From: Chiloscyllium plagiosum
Taxonomy: Eukaryota
Reading direction: 5' to 3'
Length of the DNA: 64,000 bases
NCBI RefSeq assembly: GCF_004010195.1
Contig: NC_057758.1
Location: forward strand, 4,126,962 to 4,190,961
Made by a program: the position numbers and the translations under genes. Positions 1 through 11,776 of the stretch are shown one piece after another; within the stretch, counting starts at the first letter, position 1, and each line of letters opens with the position of its first letter. The notes under the pieces are model-generated. The model had not been told where the DNA came from. It saw nothing but the letters and a program-made list of their open reading frames with translations, and searched no databases.

Positions 1-19
1 AAAGCTGCGGCGTTGTGCG

Positions 20-304
20 AGATGTACAGAGTCCTTTTCTCCTGTGGTGCAATTGCTTGCTCACTTCCCAGTCTTTCTCATAGAGGGGTACACATTTAAG
101 GCCTACATCTCTGCCATTGGCCACGTTTGGCCAAATGCATTCTTGAGGGACAGGAATTGCTACCACCGACTGGAACCTCCTGCCAATGGGGAGCCGATTT
201 GCAGCCCTTTCTGGAGGGATAGACCCAGTCGTCAGTTGGACATGCGGGGAGAATCGTTTGGACCTGTCATGGACAACGGTTAGGATTCTGTCCACTGAGC
301 CTCA
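20..304 (-). pseudogene. Possible decayed Ig C-type exon following the V exon
   Basis: Acceptor TTCATCCAG. Motifs CPTDDWVYP (cf. CxSxGWYP) and QEKRTLYIS. About 180-bp intron after the V exon. Confidence 0.3.
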
Positions 305-484
305 CTGGATGAATGAATGTGTTAATTAACTTATCAGTGGGTAGTTGAGGGTAGAGAATAGCAACAGGAATAAAAGCCTCGCGATCGTGTGGTCATATTG
401 GTGTATCTGGAAATCTTTTTGCAGAGTAACACTTCCCCAATTTCATGCTTCTGACTCTGCAATGTTTGTTCCAGACGAACTCAC

Positions 485-888
485 CTCAACTTAGCGCTCA
501 CGTTAGATTGACTGTGTGTTAGTGCAGGATTATATCAGGACTGAGTCTGCAACAGTCTCGTGACCCAACAGATCTACCTTTCCAGCAGTGAGTGCATACA
601 TCAGTGCAGCCTGTCCGAGAGAGTGCTTGCTGCTCCTTCATTACTGAGACATTGAAATTACTGTGCTCAGTGCAATGTCAGCTCTCAGCGAGTTGTCATT
701 CCTCTTGACTCTCCATTCCACCCATGTTACACTGACACTCCGATCGAACGGCGCTCCCACTGGTTAAACCCGCTGACAGGGAGATTGTTTCTCAGTGTGA
801 GCTCTCGGACAGTTTGGTAGTCTCTTGTTGTTCAATCTCGACTCGCGCCCTTTTATTACCATTGACATTTGACAATGTGGAGCTCCAT
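485..888 (-). pseudogene. Decayed Ig V-set exon, B7/butyrophilin-like
   Basis: With frameshifts: RAH.(G)ETISL/PC..SVSVTWVEW..EQ..LGQAAL..LTAGKVDL..TVADS..*SC. Ends at donor GTGAGT (479-484). Confidence 0.5.
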
Positions 889-929
889 CTGCACTGAAGA
901 GCCGCCAATACAGGCATAACGGACTCGTA

Positions 930-1430
930 TCGCGACTTGGCCATTTCAAGCCTGCTACCACATTCCACAAAATCACAAGATTGTGAAACATCGATGCAGC
1001 ATTTAACCATTTTGGTCCTACATCTTATCCAACATTCAATCAATGCTGATAGATTTCTCAACACCAGGCTTCTGCCGTCCACTTTCCCCTCCCCCGCCAC
1101 ATAACTGTTGATCGTCTTACTAACCAAGAGCCTCTATCGATTCCTGACTGAAATGCACTCATTGACCTGGCCTCCACAGCCATCTGAGGCAATGCGTTTC
1201 AAGAATCGCCATTCTCAAAATGAAGAAATTCTGAATTAAATCAGTTCAAGAGGGTTGTCGTTTTACTTTCAAGCTATGCCCTCGGATCCCAGCCTTTCCT
1301 ATTCACGGATTCATCATCGCCATGTCCATTCTATCCAGGTCTCTCTGTATTCTGTAACTTTGAATCAAATCCCCGATATTGACTGATTTCTTTCCAAAAT
1401 CGTTCCTCTACACTCGCGATTATTCTTCAT
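930..1430 (-). mobile_element. CR1/HER1 LINE 3' fragment
   Basis: GACCTGGCCTCCACAGCC..GAAGAAATT typical of CR1 3' end. Confidence 0.6.
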
Positions 1431-1712
1431 CCCCTGATCTTGAACAATGTCTCTCCCTCTGTGTTTTCCCTCGCTCTGTCTGTCTCTCCATCTCTCTCCC
1501 GCTCTCTCTCGCTCACTCTTCTTCTCTCTGTCCATATTTGCTGGAAGAACAGTTGCGTTTCTCTCTGCAGAAAAGTCCAACCAGACTCGAAATGTTAACT
1601 CTGCTTACCTCTCTCTCTATGGTGCAACTGCCAGATGTCCTGACTTTTCCTGGGGGTGTCTATGTGGCAACACATGCGACATGGACAAGATGTGGTTAAC
1701 AATTCAGCCGGT

Positions 1713-1718
1713 TTTAAT
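1713..1718 (-). promoter_or_regulatory. Polyadenylation signal ATTAAA of the defensin-like gene
   Basis: About 90 nt downstream of the TGA at 1806 on the minus strand. Confidence 0.45.
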
Positions 1719-1805
1719 TTACATCTTTCAGGGGACAACGAGTTTTGGAGTCCGACCCCATACAGCCTTCACAATCAACGCAACCATCAAATGAAGTCAG
1801 CATCC

Positions 1806-1942
1806 TCATGGCTTCTCTGATCGCCGATTCTTACAACAGCGTTGTTCAAATAGGCACAACCTCACGACAGATTCCACTTGACGTGCTGTGCACACATTGA
1901 CTGAGCACATCCCAACAGCTTTTTTACAATCGTTTTTATACC
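1806..1942 (-). CDS. Beta-defensin-like precursor, exon 3 (mature six-cysteine domain)
   Basis: Acceptor TTCTTACTTCTTTGCAG|, phase 1. Encodes (G)YKNDCKKAVGMCSVNVCTARQVESVVRLCLFEQRCCKNRRSEKP*, i.e. C-x6-C-x4-C-x11-C-x5-CC, cationic. Confidence 0.8.
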
Positions 1943-2119
1943 CTGCAAAGAAGTAAGAACAGTTTTATATGTCTGTTCTGGTCGGTGGAAGCCTGAGGGA
2001 GAAGGTCGAATTCCAATGACACGGAATCCCCCAGATTATTTAGGGCGCACCCTGATGACATTTGGCCTGCTGTTTACAGTCCTGTTCTGTCACCTGATGT
2101 AAATTTCCAGACTCTTTCC

Positions 2120-3830
2120 TCAGAAATCTGCATTTCATTTCCATCCCAGCAAACATCCAACTTCCATCTTGAAAGTTTTAATTGAACCTGCTTTGCCTAT
2201 CCTTCCAGATCATGCATTCCAGACGCTTAGTAGTGGCAGATAATACAAATGTCCTCAATTTCGGATTGTTTCATTTGAACACAACTTTAATTGTACGCCC
2301 CTCTCATTCTTGTTCCATTTCCAAATGGTAACGTCTTCTCCCTATGTACTCCGTTCAGCGTTGTCTCTTGATTTCCGATCTCCTGTCAGCCATCTTCTCT
2401 CCAGTGAGAACAGTCTCACGTAATTTAATCTTTCTTTGCTATTAGCTCCCACTTCCAGCCAATGTCTATTATCTGTGCGCAGATACATGCATGTTCATTT
2501 GCCCCTGGCCTTCTTTAACGTTCTACCACCTTCACCACCCATTCCCTCATTTACTTTTACCATTAAGTAGTCTTCCAACAAAGTGCATCACCACACACTT
2601 CCCTGTATTGAAATCTGCCAATCTCTTCATTGCCAACTCCATCAATTTGCCAATGTCTTTTTGGATCTTTGCAATATCCTCCCCATAGTTTTCATTTCTC
2701 CCAAGGTTCGAGTCAACTGCATATTTGAATTTCTTTTTTCTGCTCTGCACTCCAGATGCAGTATCACGAATGCCTGTCATACTGAAGCATTGAATACCTC
2801 CTCTTGGATTTATTTCTATGTTCACAAAACTAAATTCACTAAAGTGTCTGACTCTGTGAGTCTATGTGAGCTGCCTAAAAGAAAGACAAAGTTATGATCG
2901 ATCTGATGTTTCCTGACGTCGTTGGTATCTCGAACGGGAGGCCAAAGTTTGAGAATAAGGGGCTGCAGAATTAATACGGAGATGTGGAGAAATTGCTCGT
3001 GCGTAAACTCAAGACTCAATTGAACTTGCCAGCTTCTGTTCTCCTTCTCCAAAATAAACACATCCTTCCTGTATTGTGGTGACCAGACGTACAAGCAATA
3101 TTTCAGCTGTGCCCAATCTAAAGTTCTGTGCAGGTCCAACACTACCTTCTGCTATTAAAGTCTATGCCGCGAATGATAAAGGAAATGGTCGTTCTTAATT
3201 ATACCATAAACATATGGATAACGACGTGAAGATACCTCTATTCCTTTGAACCTCGTCATGACCCAGAAGTCACGTCGAAACTCCTGTCTTGATTCTTCTT
3301 CCAAAGTGTGTTTCCTAAACTTATTTAGGTTAAACCCAATTCTCAACGCATATGAAGAGCTGGCTTATTCAGGTATTTTTGCATCGGGCTATCTTTCTGC
3401 CGTCCACAAAATTGGAAATGTACCTCACATCTCTGTGTTTGAACGATTTGTAAATACAGCAAATATTTGAGGTTCCAACCTATCACCTTCTGCCGCACAA
3501 ATTGCAAAGCTGAACCCGTCCCAATTTAGCTCCTGTCTACTTACTACCAGACCCGTCATTCTTCTCTCCATGCTACCTTTGTACATTGTATATTCTATAT
3601 AAAGCCTTCTTGAAATTTAATTAAATCACGTCCAAGGGTTGCCCTTTGTCTACAACTCGTGTTGAAAATTAACTCAAACAGCTTCCTCAAAACACGATGT
3701 TTCAACAAACCATGTTGCTTTTTCCCCCAATTGCCTTTGTAATCGTCCAACTGCCCTGTTACAACTTCCCAACATCATTGTTCCTAAGTCAATGTGTTAC
3801 CTACCTCGATGAGTCTTAACCAGCTGCAAT
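2120..3830 (-). mobile_element. Mosaic of degenerate CR1 fragments in defensin intron 2 (up to about 3800)
   Basis: IQKDIGKL..FNTGKCVVMHF; LKYCLYVWSPQYRKD. Confidence 0.6.
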
Positions 3831-3871
3831 TGGTGGGGAACAGGCATGGGACATTTCGAAGTCTGGTAATG
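3805..3871 (-). CDS. Beta-defensin-like precursor, exon 2 (propiece)
   Basis: Acceptor CCTCCTCCTTTTCAG|, 67 nt encoding HYQTSKCPMPVPHQLQLVKTHR+G, donor GAG|GTAGGT. Converts phase 0 to phase 1, exactly what is needed to join exons 1 and 3. Confidence 0.7.
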
Positions 3872-4149
3872 CTGAAAAGGAGGAGGATGGTACGCTGCCT
3901 TCAAATATTTCTAAAATAAATGCTTTTCAAATTCGGACATTGCTCGAATATACACACGGAAGATGATGATCAAATCTATGAGATCAACTTGGCATAGACG
4001 ATCCAATTAGATAGAGTATGCAGAGAACATTTTGAATCATTTCTGCATTGTGGGCGCTACACAGTGCTGCTGCTGGAGGGAACGTTGCAGGGATTATGTG
4101 CGTGTCTCATTATAAAAATCGACCCCAGGGTTAACTATATTGTGTGAGA

Positions 4150-4900
4150 GGAGAAGAAGTAGAAAAATGAGAAAGGTAGTCAACCCTCAAGCCTGCGCTA
4201 ATTTAATGCAATCATGGCTGAACTTATCTCAACCACAACTCTACACTCCAATCGCCTCCCTTCAACCCGTTGTCAGTTAAACATCTGTCCACATCCTCTT
4301 TATGTTTACTTAATATCCCGACATCCGCTGTATTAGGCGTCAGTGAGTTCCACAGATTGACGACACTTTGAGAAAAGTTTTTTTCCTCATCTCTGCTTTC
4401 GTCTATACCCTTTATTCTAAAACTTGTACCAGTCCTTTTCTACGTTGCCTGATGTGAAGAACCAGCCGTTCTACATCGACTTTATCAATAGAACTTAGCA
4501 TTTTGCAAACTCCAATTTCATCTCCGCTCATGCTTCTAACTATTGGGAGATGAGAGTCTCTAAGTGCTTTAACTTTCGTCACAAGCGGATGTGAAGAATC
4601 ATCCATTCTATGTCAATTTTATAAATCGCAATTATCATTTTGCAGATTCTGATGTCATCTCCACCCATTCTTCCTATTACTTGGAGATTAGAGGTTTTAA
4701 CTGCTTATATATTCTTCATTAGCAAAAGCTTCACTACTTGTCTCAATTGACTGAACCTCCTCGGAATTGCCTCCTGAACAACTGTATACTTTCTCAAGTA
4801 AGGCGATCAAAACTGTCCAGCATATTCAAAAGGCAGACTTACTGAGGCCTTCTATGGTTGCAGACACAATTACCTCTTTTATAGTGGATTCCTTGAAGAA
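4150..4900 (-). mobile_element. CR1/HER1 LINE 3' fragment in defensin intron 1
   Basis: Antisense of CR1 ORF2 C-terminus (GDEIGVCKMLSSIDKVDVERL). Confidence 0.65.
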
Positions 4901-5340
4901 TAAATTTTAAATAATTAATTATTCCATGCTCCAAGGTACTTTCAGCGTTTGAACTGGTATTAGATCAGGAGCTAAATCGTCGCATTCTGTGCCGGAACAA
5001 GTCTCCTATCTTTGGAATTCAATCTTCAGATTTCTGATATTGAAAAGCCCAGTGTCAAAATATGGGGGTGGCCCAGATGATTACACAGAAAAGGGGAGGG
5101 ATGAAATCAGGAGATGGCAATGATCGATGTGCAGAGGTCTATCAGGAATGGACACCAGTAGAAGAATGTAAATTAATAAATTGAGAAACTCAATCTGATC
5201 CAACAGGAAAGCATTGATCTTATTTGGTGAAAGCGAATGCTGTTTCAACGAAAGAAATGAATTTTGGACATGACTCAGTGCTGAAACAGTTTTCTGTGAT
5301 GTCGCAATTGAGGGAGTGAATGACCTTCTCATATACTTAC

Positions 5341-5460
5341 GAATGGTGCAACGGGAGGGAAAATACTGATCTTCGAATTCGGAAGTTGGAAAAAAGCGTC
5401 AGAAGCAATGGACCGTACAAGCATCAGTACACCGAGTGCCAAGAGTGGTGCCTTCGACAT
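5341..5460 (-). CDS. Beta-defensin-like precursor, exon 1 (signal peptide and start of propiece)
   Basis: Minus strand ATG at 5460 with A at -3. Translates MSKAPLLALGVLMLVRSIASDAFFQLPNSKISIFPPVAPF (hydrophobic signal peptide). Ends at donor GTAAGT, phase 0. Confidence 0.75.
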
Positions 5461-5506
5461 TCTCCACCGACTGTCTCACACCTCCGGGCTGAAGTCAGTT
5501 CACAAG

Positions 5507-5515
5507 CTTTTAAAT
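5507..5515 (-). promoter_or_regulatory. TATA-like element (ATTTAAAAG) of the defensin-like gene
   Basis: About 50 nt upstream of the ATG at 5460 on the minus strand. Confidence 0.35.
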
Positions 5516-5676
5516 TCAAGAAGTACTCTGTCAGTAATAATTACCCGTCAGGAAAAATGATTTGCTGCATCTTGTGTGTATCACGTTGACAGCTCATAAG
5601 CACGGGCGGCAGAATGTATGCATATGCTTTACCCAGTCTGATTGATATTAACTCATGAAGGGACAGGAAGACATAA

Positions 5677-5750
5677 AGCGAGAGAGGGAGAGAGAGCGAG
5701 AGAGCGAGAACGAACGAGCGAGCGAGTGAGAGAGAGCGAGAGAGAGAGAT
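5677..5750 (+). repeat. (GA)n-like microsatellite upstream of the defensin-like gene
   Basis: GAGAGCGA repeats. Confidence 0.85.
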
Positions 5751-6277
5751 AAGTGACTGAAGAAGGGAACATATCCTTTGTGCCTGTGTTTTCGGAAACA
5801 CAAGAAAGAATACTGTTCAGCTATCAAGCCGTCATTACTTTCATTTTACTATATGCTTATCACATAGGACGGAACAGTAAAGCACTGTACAGGCCCTTGG
5901 AACCTCGATATTGTGCCAATATTTTATCCTTCCAACCAGTACCACTCTATTCCTTCTGTGGGACAGCCAAAACTGTATTCAGGCAGCCAAATTTCCCTGT
6001 AGCACGAGTCATTACTTTCTGAATTAGCAAGCTCCATACTAAAATTCATCTCGACATCAACTGCTATCCCCTTATCAATGTGCTCTGTCACTTGCACAAA
6101 TAATTGCATCAGGCTGTTGAAGCATCACCTGCACCTTTAAAAGCCAATGTTGACTCTCATCTATCAAGCGATATATTTCCAAATTATATTCAATAATTTC
6201 GATTCCTTCTACTGTTCTGCTAATGTCGAGTTTTTGATATTATCCCAAATATTTGTGCAATAAACTGTGTACGGTTA

Positions 6278-6560
6278 TTGAGTGGCACGGTTGCTTAAAG
6301 GCTAACCGTGCTCCCTCACAGTGCCAACAAACTTGTTTCGGTTCCACCCCTGGGTGACTGGTCGTTTGAACATTTTCCCTGCATTGGCATGCGTTGCCTA
6401 CTTGGAATTCCCCTTCTTCACACACTGCAAACTTATTCAGCTTATGTGGGTTGGCCGTAGGAAATGCAAGATGACAGGATCAAAGTATGGTGGTGGGTCT
6501 GGTTTGGATGGTCTCCAGAGAGACGCTCTGGAAACTGTGGCCGAATCATTTGTTCCCACA
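6278..6560 (+). mobile_element. HE1-type SINE, highly diverged
   Basis: GTGGCACGGTTGCT..CTCACAGTGCCA similarity to other copies. Confidence 0.6.
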
Positions 6561-6569
6561 CAGTAATGA

Positions 6570-6870
6570 TTCTGTGATTCCAGATCTGCTTCTATTGTCC
6601 ATTGACAGAGTGAACTGCAGAATGCGAGGAATAGAACCAGATCTCCAAATCTCTGGGAATACCCCCAACTAAAATCATTCACTCTGCCAACGACTTCGGG
6701 AAGGAGACCAAGGATCTGGAGGGAGATCATTCCAAGGACATAAGCACAAGAGCTGAATATCACGTTTTAAATTTCGAGAAGTGATTAGACCCATTCGGTT
6801 TTTTCATCTTTGGAATCAGGAAGTTGAATAGGTGGCCTAATTCAGGTCTCCGGGCGTCAACAGGGAAAGG
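6570..6870 (-). pseudogene. Decayed Ig V-set exon remnant
   Basis: TPGD..TEW..PEVVGRV....GDLVL..SVNGQ*K motifs across frameshifts. Confidence 0.35.
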
Positions 6871-6887
6871 CAGGGAGATAAACGGAA

Positions 6888-8240
6888 ACTAGAACATAGA
6901 ACATAAAAACTAGAACTTAGAAAAATACAGCACAGAACAGGGCCTTTGGCCAACGATGTTGTGCCGAGCTTTAATACTACTGTAAAATATAGTAACTTAT
7001 CCTCTGCACCCCTCAACTCACTGATACCCATATGCATGTCCAGCAGTCGCTTCATGTACCCAATGACTCTGCTTCCACGTACACAGCTGGCAAAGCATTC
7101 CATGCATTCACAACTGTATGCGTGAAGAACCTACCTCTGAAATCTCCTTTATGCCTTCCTCATAATATCTTCGAACTATGACTTCTCTTACCAGTCAATC
7201 CTGCCCTGGGGAAAAATCTCTGGTTGTTGACTCTATAAATGCCACTCATTATTTTGTACACCTCGATCTTGTCTCCTCTCTTCCTACTTCTCTCCAGAGA
7301 GAAAAGTACAAACCTATTCAACCTTTCTTCATAAGGCAAGTCCTCCAGTCCAGACAGCATCCTGGTAAACCTTATTTGCACCCTCTCCAAAGCCTCTGTA
7401 TCTTTCCTATAGTAGTGCGACCAGAACTGGACACAAAATCCCAAGTGTGGTCTCACCAGGGACTTGTAGAGCTACAGCAAAACCTCGCGGCCCTTAAACT
7501 TGATACCCCTGTTAATGAAAGCCAAAACACCATATATTTTCTTAAGAAAACTATGAACTTGGGTGGGAACTTTGAGGAATTTGTGTACTTGCACACCCAT
7601 ATCCCTCTGTTCCTCCACAATGCCAAGAATCCATGTGTTTAACCATATATTCAGAATTTGAGTTCGACTTTCCAAAATGCATAACTTCGCATTTATCCAG
7701 GTTTAACTGCATCTTCCATTTCTCAGCCCTGCTCCGCATTCTGTGTACTGCAGCCTGCAGTAGCCCTCCATTCTATCGACGGCACCTCCAACCTTTGTGT
7801 CACCTGCACAATTACTAACTCACTCCTCCACCTCCTCGTTAAAGTCATTTATTAAAACTACAAAGAGCAGAGGCCTATGAAAAGAGCCCTGCGGGACGCC
7901 AAACAACACTGACCTCCAGACACAATACTTTCCATCTACAACCAATCTCTGCCTTCTGCCAGCCAGCCAATTCTGAATCCAGATATCCAAATCTCCCTGC
8001 ATCACATACTTCCTGACTTTATGAATCCGCCTACCATGTGGAACCCTATCAAATGACTTGCTGAAGTCTATATACACCACATCCACTGCTCGACGTTCGT
8101 CAACCCCCTCAAAGAACTCACTAATATTTGAGTGGCATGACCTGCCCTTACAAAGCCATGCTGACTGTTTTGCCAAAAAGTCATAAATCCTATCCCTCCT
8201 AATTCTTTCCAAAACTTTGCTGACCGCAGACGTAAGATAT
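6888..8240 (-). mobile_element. CR1/HER1 LINE, 5'-truncated (RT C-terminal half)
   Basis: VDVVYIDFSKSFDRVPH, GVPQGS, RPHLGFCVQFWS..LERVQ. (TTCTA)n tail. Confidence 0.9.
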
Positions 8241-8833
8241 AATTATTTCCACAGTTGAATTAAAAGTAGAGAATGTGCTTGGACGAATCACAGAATTCCC
8301 TCCCTAAAGGTATTGGAGGTCAACCAACAGCACAGAGACTGCAACAGATGAAGAAGGCAGCTCTCCACCATCTTCTCGTGAGGGCAAATAATCATAGGAA
8401 ATCATTGCTGGGTCCAGTAAGCGATGTCCACAATATTTTGTAAGAATGAGGATGAAGTCACGCGGGAGAAATAATAGAAAGCACTTCTGCACACAAAGAG
8501 TAGTGGCCCTCAGGAATTCTCGTACTCAAATGTCGGTGAATGATAATTCAATTGTTACGTTTATATCTGAGATAGACACATTTTTGTTGAGCAATGCTGT
8601 CAAGGGATATAAGTTAAAGGCAGGCATATTGTGTTATCCCACTGATAACATATGGTTTTACGAGCAGCTGAACTGGTTCGAGAATCTGAATGGCCTTATT
8701 GCGTTCCTGAATTCCTATGAATAATTTATTTTTATCTTCTTCAGCTCACGAATGTACTCAGGCCAATAACTTTGTTCGGTGCATACTGTACACTTGAAGG
8801 AAACAGTTTTAACCTTCCATTCCATTCACTCAC

Positions 8834-9210
8834 TGTACTAGTTGGTATTCTAACTTTTAAATGATTTCACACAGGTGACAGTCATCATTCTGTCAGTGAT
8901 GAAAACGACCAGCACAGTCCTTAAACCCATAAAATGAGGATCTGTGCTTCAGTCATGTCATCCTTCCTCTCACAAATACAGTGATGATGTGGGCGACACT
9001 GCTTTTACTGCGGGGAAACCTGGTGTTTGTGAAAGTCAACAATAATTGCAAGTACTCCAGTTAATCTGACTTGCAGCGATTTTCACAGCTTCTCGTGGGC
9101 AAAGGAGGGAAACACTGTTTTGAACGGTGGCCTATACACTCTTTGCTGCCGTTCGGGTTGATCATGTATGTTCATTCACATTAACATTCATTCCTTCCTT
9201 TTTCTGTTGT
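8834..9210 (-). pseudogene. Decayed Ig V-set exon
   Basis: SV*ATVQNSVSLLC-x13-W, later AQILI..AGRF. Donor GTGAGT at 8828-8833. Confidence 0.45.
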
Positions 9211-9869
9211 CTTGGAAGAGGAAATGATTGCACTCAGAAAGATACCAATCGAAATTGCAAGTCTGTCAAAAAACCTGTATGCTTGGTTTACTTCTGATTG
9301 CAAATATTGATCACCAAGGAGATATTCCCTGGCCTCGCACATGTGCGATTGACATGCAATAACGCAGTGATCGTCGGATGTGATGGTGCAATGGAGAGCA
9401 GTATGGTTGGCAGAAGGAGCCTTTCCTGTGCTGTACGATTTTATATTCTGTGTAAGAGTTTAGCGACACAGGGAAGCAAAATCTGCTCGGGTTGTTTGCT
9501 TTGAAGCAGATACGTTAGCGGGGAGAACTGTTTGAGCTGTGCAAGATTCTGACGGCCACGGAAAGAGTGAGCAGTAAAAAGCAGCTCCCCTCAGTCGAAA
9601 GGTCAATAGCCAGGGGAGCTGAGGGGAAAACGCTTCAACGGGAGGATTGTGGAATCTGGAATTATTTGGTTGGGAGTGTAGCTCAGCTGGGAAACTTCGC
9701 AATCTTTGAAAAGCTCTTGCATCAACCAAATGAAGCGCCCGAATATTGAAGGCTAAGCGCTACGTTTTGGAATGTGTGACAAGTGTAGCGTTTGTTTCGC
9801 ATGTGACGATGCCGACTCAATTGGGCTAAAGTGCCTCGCCTACAATCTTTGACTCTATGATTCTATGGC

Positions 9870-10253
9870 TAATCACACACAAACCTCAGCCTGCAGGCAA
9901 AGTCGCTTAATCATTCTGCACCTTTCTTTGGGGAAGGGTTGGGAGGCGTGATGTTTCACTCAGAGGGGAGTTAGGCATCACCCTGTTGCATCACACTGAG
10001 AATCACCGTTATCTCACTTTCTGAGCTCAAAGACTGGTTTGGAAATGGGGAGCCACACTTGCGCGGAGCAGGAGACAAAATTCATCCTGCATGTTGGCCG
10101 AACATTAAGAAAAAACAAAATTTGTGTCAATTCTATTAACATTGTGCAAACAAGGAGGAAGCATATCACCGGGGTTGACTTGCATCAGGAGATGAATGAA
10201 CCATTGAGGGGCAGAACTCATAGAAAGAATGTTCGTATTCCCTTAGCTGGTAC
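9870..10253 (-). pseudogene. Decayed Ig V-set exon (paralog of 32740-33100)
   Basis: QVNPGDMLPPC..FVFS*(W)..QQGDA*L..RCRM. Clear nucleotide homology with 32770-33110. Confidence 0.5.
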
Positions 10254-10369
10254 CGGTAGGAGAGGCAGCCTAACGTTCTCCGTGGAGTCATTAATACATA
10301 GAATATAAGAGCAACTGTAGACCACTCAGCCATTCGTGTCTGCTAGCCCGCACATCAATAACACAATGT

Positions 10370-10570
10370 ACAACAGAAATTACTGAAAAAGCTCCAATAG
10401 TTCGGCAGCATCTGTGCAGAGTAGTCAGAGTTAGCCTTTCTAGTCGACTGATACTTCCGCAGAACTGAATAAGTGAACCTGAGTCCTCAGGAAGGGTCAC
10501 TAGACCCAAAACATTAATTATGATTTCTCTCCATGTAAACTAGCAGACTTGTTGAGTTTTTCCATAAATG
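10370..10570. mobile_element. Old inverted Penelope terminal pair nested in a CR1 3' fragment (10295-10830, minus)
   Basis: Degenerate inverted arms, GAAGGGTCACTAGACCC stem. Confidence 0.5.
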
Positions 10571-11298
10571 TTTTATTCTAATATATATTATGCACAGTTC
10601 TTTCAGTTTTTATTCAATTAGATCATGGTTGTTCCTCAACTCTGCATTCCAACATATTCCTTGATTAGCTTTCATTCCGTTACTTGTCACGAAAGTCTGT
10701 GAATATGCCTTAAAACTACTTAAAGTGTTTGCACCGTGCCTTATCAAGATGGGAATTCCAAAGGTTTAAAACCCTCCAAGAGGAAAGAAGTGTTTCTTTA
10801 CCTCAGTTTTAATTCGTTACTTTTAAATAACAAAACTGTATTTCCTGATTGTCTAAGCAAAGGTTGGATAAGAAGGTAAAATGGATATTTGGGAAGTTTT
10901 CAGATGACTCGAAATTTGATGGTTTTGTTGATAGTGAGGAGCATGGTCTCAGGCTGCAGCCTGATATTGATCAGCTGCTTAATTGGGCAGGTGTAATTTA
11001 ATTCTGCTAAGTGCAGTAAGCATTTCGCAAAGTCTGAAAAGGGAAACATATACCTAATGTATGGCCGGCCCACAGGGCGTACTGAGGAACAAAGGCGCCT
11101 TAGTGTACAGTTACAAGTGAAGATGTCAGCACAGTTAAACGGGATGGTGAAGAATACATACACGATGCCAGCCACCATTAACTATTGGAGTATAGGAGCA
11201 ACAAAGCCTTATTACAATTCTGTAAGACATTGTTTCATCCACACATGGAATAATATGTGCAGTGCTTGTCACCACACTATCGGAGGGACAGCTGTGTA

Positions 11299-11609
11299 AA
11301 GATTAGATTAGATTACCTACAGTGTGTAAACAGGCCCTTCAGTCCAACAAGTCCATACCGAGCCGCCGAAGCGCAACCCACCGATACACTTACCCCTTCA
11401 CCTAACACTACGGGCAATTTAGCAAGGCCAATTCACCTAACCTGCACATCTTTGGACTTTGGGAAGAAACCGGAGCACCCGGAGGAAACACACGTAGACA
11501 CGGGGAGAATATGCAAACTCCACACAGACAGTCGCCTGAGGCGGGAATTGAACCCGAGTCTCTGGCGCTGTGAGGCAGCAGTTTTAACCACTGTGCCACC
11601 GTGCCGCCC
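11299..11609 (-). mobile_element. HE1-type tRNA-derived SINE, full length
   Basis: 5' GGGCGGCACGGTGGCACAGTGG (A box), GGTTCAATTCC (B box), (TAATC)n tail. Confidence 0.9.
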
Positions 11610-11713
11610 CATGGTGTAGGAGTGGGTGTAGAGGAGATTGTCAATGATGTAGGTGAAAATGTGTTGCTGGAAAAGCGCAGCAGGTCAGGCAGCATCCAAG
11701 GAACAGGAGAATC

Positions 11714-11742
11714 GACGTTTCAGGGCATAAGCCCTTCTTCAG
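11714..11742 (-). ncRNA. Minimal type I hammerhead ribozyme motif (inverted twin)
   Basis: Minus strand CTGAAGA-AGGGC-TTAT-GCCCT-GAAAC-GTC. Confidence 0.7.
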
Positions 11743-11748
11743 GAATTC

Positions 11749-11776
11749 CTGAAGAAGGGCTTCTGCCCGAAACGTC
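11749..11776 (+). ncRNA. Minimal type I hammerhead ribozyme motif
   Basis: CTGAAGA-A-GGGC-TTCT-GCCC-GAAAC-GTC. Confidence 0.75.

Noticed and set aside
44..283. Plus ORF with weak NIDO-like PICSPFWRD
   Set aside because: Only a short motif resemblance and no supporting neighbouring exons.
9000..9160. Second defensin-like exon on plus (ends CCRSG*)
   Set aside because: Cysteine spacing needs several frameshifts. The minus-strand V-set reading fits better.
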